In this document: in pieces, positions 37,070-43,226 of the stretch
Numbering within the stretch: the stretch's first letter is position 1
How the letters are laid out: every line of letters starts with the position of its first letter
Source of the DNA: Octopus bimaculoides
Lineage: Eukaryota
Length of the DNA: 43,226 nt
Assembly (NCBI RefSeq): GCF_001194135.2
Contig: NC_068987.1
Span: forward strand, 9,789,041-9,832,266
Reading direction: 5' to 3'
Program-made: the position numbers and the translations under genes
The notes under the pieces: model-generated
What the model saw: only the letters and a program-made list of their open reading frames with translations
Database searches by the model: none
Told to the model about the DNA's origin: nothing

Positions 37070-37220
37070 CCCACCACCACCACACCACCACTGCCACCAT
37101 TACCATTAACACACCCACAGCCACCACCAAAACCAATGGAACCATAACCACCACCATCACCACCACCACCATTACCACGACGACGACAATGACAACCACC
37201 ACCACCACCACCACCACCAT
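37070..37220. repeat. Imperfect (ACC)n microsatellite
   Basis: Direct reading. Confidence 0.9.
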
Positions 37221-38153
37221 GGTCAATACTACCGCTACCAATGCCGCCATTCTCATCCAACGATCTTTCATCGAAAAGAGAAATTAGGCGCCAAAAATGT
37301 TTGGCACGTCTCTTTTGATTGATCGACTGAATATCCGCTGGGGTATCTCAAAAACTATCGAAGCTTGAAAGTCCAACTTTTNNNNNNNNNNNNNNNNNNN
37401 NNNNNNNNNNNNNNNNNNNNNNNNNNNNNNNNNNNNNNNNNNNNNNNNNNNNNNNNNNNNNNNNNNNNNNNNNNNNNNNNNNNNNNNNNNNNNNNNNNNN
37501 NNNNNNNNNNNNNNNNNNNNNNNNNNNNNNNNNNNNNNNNNNNNNNNNNNNNNNNNNNNNNNNNNNNNNNNNNNNNNNNNNNNNNNNNNNNNNNNNNNNN
37601 NNNNNNNNNNNNNNNNNNNNNNNNNNNNNNNNNNNNNNNNNNNNNNNNNNNNNNNNNNNNNNNNNNNNNNNNNNNNNNNNNNNNNNNNNNNNNNNNNNNN
37701 NNNNNNNNNNNNNNNNNNNNNNNNNNNNNNNNNNNNNNNNNNNNNNNNNNNNNNNNNNNNNNNNNNNNNNNNNNNNNNNNNNNNNNNNNNNNNNNNNNNN
37801 NNNNNNNNNNNNNNNNNNNNNNNNNNNNNNNNNNNNNNNNNNNNNNNNNNNNNNNNNNNNNNNNNNNNNNNNNNNNNNNNNNNNNNNNNNNNNNNNNNNN
37901 NNNNNNNNNNNNNNNNNNNNNNNNNNNNNNNNNNNNNNNNNNNNNNNNNNNNNNNNNNNNNNNNNNNNNNNNNNNNNNNNNNNNNNNNNNNNNNNNNNNN
38001 NNNNNNNNNNNNNNNNNNNNNNNNNNNNNNNNNNNNNNNNNNNNNNNNNNNNNNNNNNNNNNNNNNNNNNNNNNNNNNNNNNNNNNNNNNNNNNNNNNNN
38101 NNNNNNNNNNNNNNNNNNNNNNNNNNNNNNNNNNNNNNNNNNNNNNNNNNNNN

Positions 38154-38190
<37 letters not shown>

Positions 38191-38780
38191 TGCGTATACA
38201 TATATACATACATACACACATACATACATACATACAGATATAGATACTGATATGATTATGATAAGTATATGGCTCTGTGTACCTTACATAGATATATGCG
38301 ATTTATTAACATATAGTTGAAGAGTGATAGGGCTTGAACTTTGTACATCCATAATCTAAACTGAGACCTTTATGTGAATGATGGAAAGATTTGGCTTTAC
38401 TATGACATTAAATGACAGTATTAAGCATAGATCATATTTTAGCTTCAAACTCGCGTCCTAGATATAGGATTAAGATCAGTCTAATGTCATAGAAAAATGA
38501 TTGAAAGTAAGCACAGTGCAAAAGATATGACATAAAGATGAGGTGAGAAATCAAATAAGCAGTGTGTTTTAAGTTTATGCTGAGGAAATAGGGGAAAAGG
38601 AAGTAAAAGACTTTTGCGTTGTGTGTGTACACCTTTCTTTGGAAAGAAAAGATAGACGAAGAAAGAAAAAAAGAGAGAGCGAAAACAGAAGAAGGAACTC
38701 ACGTGTATACAACCAATGCGCCTTCACAATATATATATACATGCATATATATATATATATATATATATGAATATATTTAT

Positions 38781-39012
38781 GTGCGTGTCTGTGTCTGTGT
38801 TTATCCCCACCCCCACCGATCCATCGCTTGATAACCGATGCTGGTGTGTTTACATCCCCATAACTTAGCGGTTCGATAGAATAAGTACTAGGCTTACAAA
38901 AAAAAGTCCTGGAGACGATTTCTTCAACCAAAACACTTTAAGGCGGTGCTCCAGCATGGTCACAGTCAAATAAGAGAATAAAAGTAAAAGAGAATAAAAG
39001 TAAAAGAGAATA
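38781..39012 (+). mobile_element. SINE family B 3' module
   Basis: CCATCGCTTGATAACCGATGCTGGTGTGTTTACATCCCC...AAGGCGGTGCTCCAGCATGG, with a duplicated tail. Confidence 0.88.
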
Positions 39013-39567
39013 TATATNNNNNNNNNNNNNNNNNNNNNNNNNNNNNNNNNNNNNNNNNNNNNNNNNNNNNNNNNNNNNNNNNNNNNNNNNNNNNNNNNNN
39101 NNNNNNNNNNNNNNNNNNNNNNNNNNNNNNNNNNNNNNNNNNNNNNNNNNNNNNNNNNNNNNNNNNNNNNNNNNNNNNNNNNNNNNNNNNNNNNNNNNNN
39201 NNNNNNNNNNNNNNNNNNNNNNNNNNNNNNNNNNNNNNNNNNNNNNNNNNNNNNNNNNNNNNNNNNNNNNNNNNNNNNNNNNNNNNNNNNNNNNNNNNNN
39301 NNNNNNNNNNNNNNNNNNNNNNNNNNNNNNNNNNNNNNNNNNNNNNNNNNNNNNNNNNNNNNNNNNNNNNNNNNNNNNNNNNNNNNNNNNNNNNNNNNNN
39401 NNNNNNNNNNNNNNNNNNNNNNNNNNNNNNNNNNNNNNNNNNNNNNNNNNNNNNNNNNNNNNNNNNNNNNNNNNNNNNNNNNNNNNNNNNNNNNNNNNNN
39501 NNNNNNNNNNNNNNNNNNNNNNNNNNNNNNNNNNNNNNNNNNNNNNNNNNNNNNNNNNNNNNNNNNN

Positions 39568-39599
<32 letters not shown>

Positions 39600-39604
39600 T
39601 AGGT

Positions 39605-39812
39605 ATCTTTGCGTCCGTGTTGGTTACACCATCCGTATGAAACCTGGTGTTGTTTGTTTACCTTCCAGTAAATTAGCGGTGCGACCTAAGAGATCGATGG
39701 AATAAGTAACAGGTTTAAATATTAAGTACTGGAATCAATGTGTTTGACTAAACCCCCTCAGGGGTGTGTCCCACCACGGCTTCAGTACAATAACTAAGTC
39801 AAGTAACAGATA
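39605..39812 (+). mobile_element. SINE family B 3' module, heavily diverged
   Basis: TTAGCGGTGCGACC...GATGGAATAAGTA...TTTGACTAAA colinear with family B. Confidence 0.55.
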
Positions 39813-40231
39813 TTTAAATATATGCATATTTAAGATACATACATGCATACATACATGTAGCGCGACTTATTTGAAAGCTACAAATCTGAACTGTTTGACA
39901 ACATTTTACGCCACATTTAGTACACTGCGCCCTTTTACATAATTTACGTAAGGATTTCTTTTGAAATTATTAATTACTAACAAATCATATATAACGCAAC
40001 ATTTATTTATAAGCACGTATGTTTGTTTTACACTTAGTGCCTACCCGTCGGAAGAAGAAAATTAATGTAAATTTGTTTTAAATTAAGCCCGTCAATGTTG
40101 ATTGAAGATTCAACTTTCAATTGAGCAATAAATTCTAAAATGTATTGAAAATTAAATTTTATTTCATTAAACGAAACAAAGATTTGATATATTACACAAT
40201 ATAGTACTGGTTATATACTGCTTATATAATA

Positions 40232-40399
40232 TATCCTTTTCTACTCAAGGCATAAAGCCCGAAATTTTGTGGGGAAGGGCCCAGTCAATTAGATCGACCC
40301 CGAAAGGATGAAAGGTAAAATCGACCTCGGCGGAATTTGAACTCAGAACGTAAACACAGACAAAATACCGCTAAGCATTTCGCCCGGCATGTTAACGTT
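40232..40399 (-). mobile_element. SINE family A, tail type 2, with an internal deletion
   Basis: ATCCTTTTCTACTC...TTAGATCGACCCCGAAAGG; the segment between the two ATCGACCCC repeats is missing. Confidence 0.9.
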
Positions 40400-40628
40400 T
40401 ATTATTTCTTTATTGACCACAAGGGGCTAAACATAGAGGGGACAAACAAGGACAAAGGGATTAAGTCGATTACATCGACCCAGTGCGTAACTAGTACTTA
40501 ATTTATCGAGTCCGAAAGGATGAAAGGCAAAGTCGACCTCGGCAGAATTTGAACTCAGAACCTAACAGCAGACAAAATACCACTAAGCATTTCTCCCGGT
40601 GTGCTAACGTGTCTGCCAGCTCACCGCC
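40400..40628 (-). mobile_element. SINE family A, tail type 1, full length
   Basis: Close match to 1-223. Confidence 0.92.
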
Positions 40629-41450
40629 TTGCTTATATAATATATTACATAACGTATTGCTTTTAGGTATTATTGACTTTTCACGTCCCAGTGTTTTTCT
40701 TTTATTCGCTTTGATTAGTAGACATACGCTTTCCTAATGATTTTAATGACTGTTTAGTTTCTTTCTGTATAGTACATGTTTAACTTTATAATTTGAAGTA
40801 TTAATGATAATTCGTTATTTATGACTCATGCGTAATATTTTGCTTTATAATCGATTTTCACTTTTTGACTTTTTGAAGTTAAAGTTGAAATACTTTATAA
40901 AATAGAATTTCTATATGCCAGCTACATATATACTTACACACACACACCATACACATATGTATACATACATATATTTATGTGTGTGCGCGCGCGTGTGTAT
41001 CGAATTACATTGGTTATAAAAAGCGTTTTGTTTCCGAAATGAACATTGTCCATCAAATAACATCGTTAAAACATCAAAACTTTGTATCAAGCGAATTAGT
41101 CAAATTTATGTAGCGAGCGCTATTTAGAAGCACAAATGGGATATATTTGACAATATTTTACACCTCGTTAGCATTTGTAAAATAAAGAAAAAATCCTTTT
41201 GAAATTATTAATTAGTAACGAAGCAGTGTTTTTGTTCGTTTGTTGGAAAACTAATAGTGTAACTAATTATTCATGAAGTGCACGCAGAACAGCCAAAATT
41301 CAACCTCTAAAGTACGCAGCCATTCTCAATACTTTCTTCCAGGTTCGAACGAAGATGTACGACCGCTATTGTATTCCTAATCGGATATTAACACCTCCCT
41401 TTAGACGATGCGTGTTCATTACATCCGCGATTTTCTGGTACAAGGGAGGT

Positions 41451-41501
41451 CTTTGAGACATTACGGTGTTTCGGCCTTATTGTGTGTCTCCTCAGTCGAA
41501 G
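41451..41501 (-). ncRNA. Candidate type I hammerhead ribozyme
   Basis: Minus strand: CUUCGA-CUGAGGA-G(ACACACAAUAAGGC)C-GAAA-CA(CCGUAA)UG-UC-UCAAAG; all core nucleotides present, GUC triplet, stem III 3 bp, stem I 5/6 paired, stem II weak. Confidence 0.55.
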
Positions 41502-41743
41502 CCAATCTGGATCAATGAAAGGAACAATGTCACAGGCTCTTGTAAACAGAAATCAGCAATCGAATTATTTGCGTACTGTTCCCTAGTCAGACTAGGACCC
41601 AAAATTGACAACAGGCTGGAGATTGGTAATCAATATATTATTTAGCGTGTAGGTTCATTCTTAATAACATGCTCATGTATTGTTTATAACAAAAAGAACT
41701 TTTTACTCTTACAAACAATACACAATGTTTCAAGCCAACTACA

Positions 41744-41774
<31 letters not shown>

Positions 41775-41775
41775 T

Positions 41776-41990
41776 CTTTTACTCTTTTACTTGTATCAGT
41801 CATTTGACTGCGGCCATGCTGGAGAACTGCCTTTATAGTCGAGCAAATCAACCGCAGAGCTTATTCTTTGTAAGCCTAGTACTTATTCTATCGGTCTTTT
41901 TTGCCGAACCGCTAAGTTACGGGGACGTAAACACACCAGCATCGGTCGTCAAGCGATGCTGGGGTGACAAACAAACACACAAACATACAC
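41776..41990 (-). mobile_element. SINE family B 3' module; head probably in the N gap
   Basis: CTTTTACTCTTTTACTTGT...GACTGCGGCCATGCTGGAG...CCGAACCGCTAAGTTACGGGGACGTAAACACACCAGCATCGG. Confidence 0.9.
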
Positions 41991-42452
41991 ACACACAGAA
42001 ACACACACACACACACACACACACANNNNNNNNNNNNNNNNNNNNNNNNNNNNNNNNNNNNNNNNNNNNNNNNNNNNNNNNNNNNNNNNNNNNNNNNNNN
42101 NNNNNNNNNNNNNNNNNNNNNNNNNNNNNNNNNNNNNNNNNNNNNNNNNNNNNNNNNNNNNNNNNNNNNNNNNNNNNNNNNNNNNNNNNNNNNNNNNNNN
42201 NNNNNNNNNNNNNNNNNNNNNNNNNNNNNNNNNNNNNNNNNNNNNNNNNNNNNNNNNNNNNNNNNNNNNNNNNNNNNNNNNNNNNNNNNNNNNNNNNNNN
42301 NNNNNNNNNNNNNNNNNNNNNNNNNNNNNNNNNNNNNNNNNNNNNNNNNNNNNNNNNNNNNNNNNNNNNNNNNNNNNNNNNNNNNNNNNNNNNNNNNNNN
42401 NNNNNNNNNNNNNNNNNNNNNNNNNNNNNNNNNNNNNNNNNNNNNNNNNNNN

Positions 42453-42493
<41 letters not shown>

Positions 42494-42875
42494 TATATTT
42501 ATGTATGTTTGTATATATATATCAATATATATGCACACGCATATATAAGCATATTTGTATATGTGTGTGTGTGTGTGTCTCTGTATTTGTGCTTATTACT
42601 CTTACCACTTGACAACCGGTGTTGCTGGTAACGTTCCCCGGGAGAATAAGTTCCAGATGCAAAAAGAATTAAACATAATTACTGCGGGCGATTTCGTCTG
42701 ATAAAACACTTCAAGACAATGCCACAGCACAGTGGCAGTCCAAATACAGAAACTAATACAGGATAACAAGATAACAGAAATGGCAAAATATTTTACATAA
42801 AGAAAATAGAGAAACCAATGCCAGGAAGGAAAAAACAAACATGAAAGAAAGAGATTAAAATATTTAAGTAAAAAC

Positions 42876-42927
<52 letters not shown>

Positions 42928-43175
42928 CACACACACACATCCACACATACACACACATGTAAAGGTGTAAAAATAAGAAAAACAATTAATCAGAAACAAC
43001 TAAAATATATAGAAAACGTAAACAAAACAATAAATCACAAAAACGAAAGACAAACATAAAATAAACACAGAAGACATACATATATCTATACATGCATCCA
43101 TTCATCCATCCATCCATACATACATACATATATACATACATTCTAACGTACATAACTACATCTATCTATATACAT

Positions 43176-43226
<51 letters not shown>

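Noticed and set aside
37027-37287. Thr-rich mucin-like and Gly-rich ORFs
   Set aside because: Products of an (ACC)n microsatellite read in different frames
41343-41456. Candidate plus-strand exon after CTTTCTTCCAG
   Set aside because: The frame closes after 37 codons with no good donor; it overlaps the hammerhead and hairpin block, which explains the sequence better

Overview
AT-rich, repeat-dense animal genomic DNA from a draft assembly with about 7.4 kb of N in 17 gaps, most flanked by microsatellites. The tRNA-derived SINE families and extreme microsatellite load point to an octopus genome (inference from recalled repeat families, no search run). No intact host gene is recognisable; the ORF track is almost entirely microsatellite or N read-through. 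The window holds more than 25 SINE copies from at least four families and decayed transposon fragments: a DD41D Tc1/mariner transposase, an RTE endonuclease, a CR1/L2 reverse transcriptase tail and two RLE-type (R4/Dong-like) LINE 3' ends. It also holds a hAT-like MITE. The most interesting items are a solitary type I hammerhead ribozyme motif with an intact catalytic core (minus strand, 41451-41501) and a 25/50-bp higher-order tandem repeat carrying Pol III B-box-like motifs (14611-14760). A few candidate splice-flanked exons of an unknown gene are noted at low confidence. I found no convincing novel multi-gene system.
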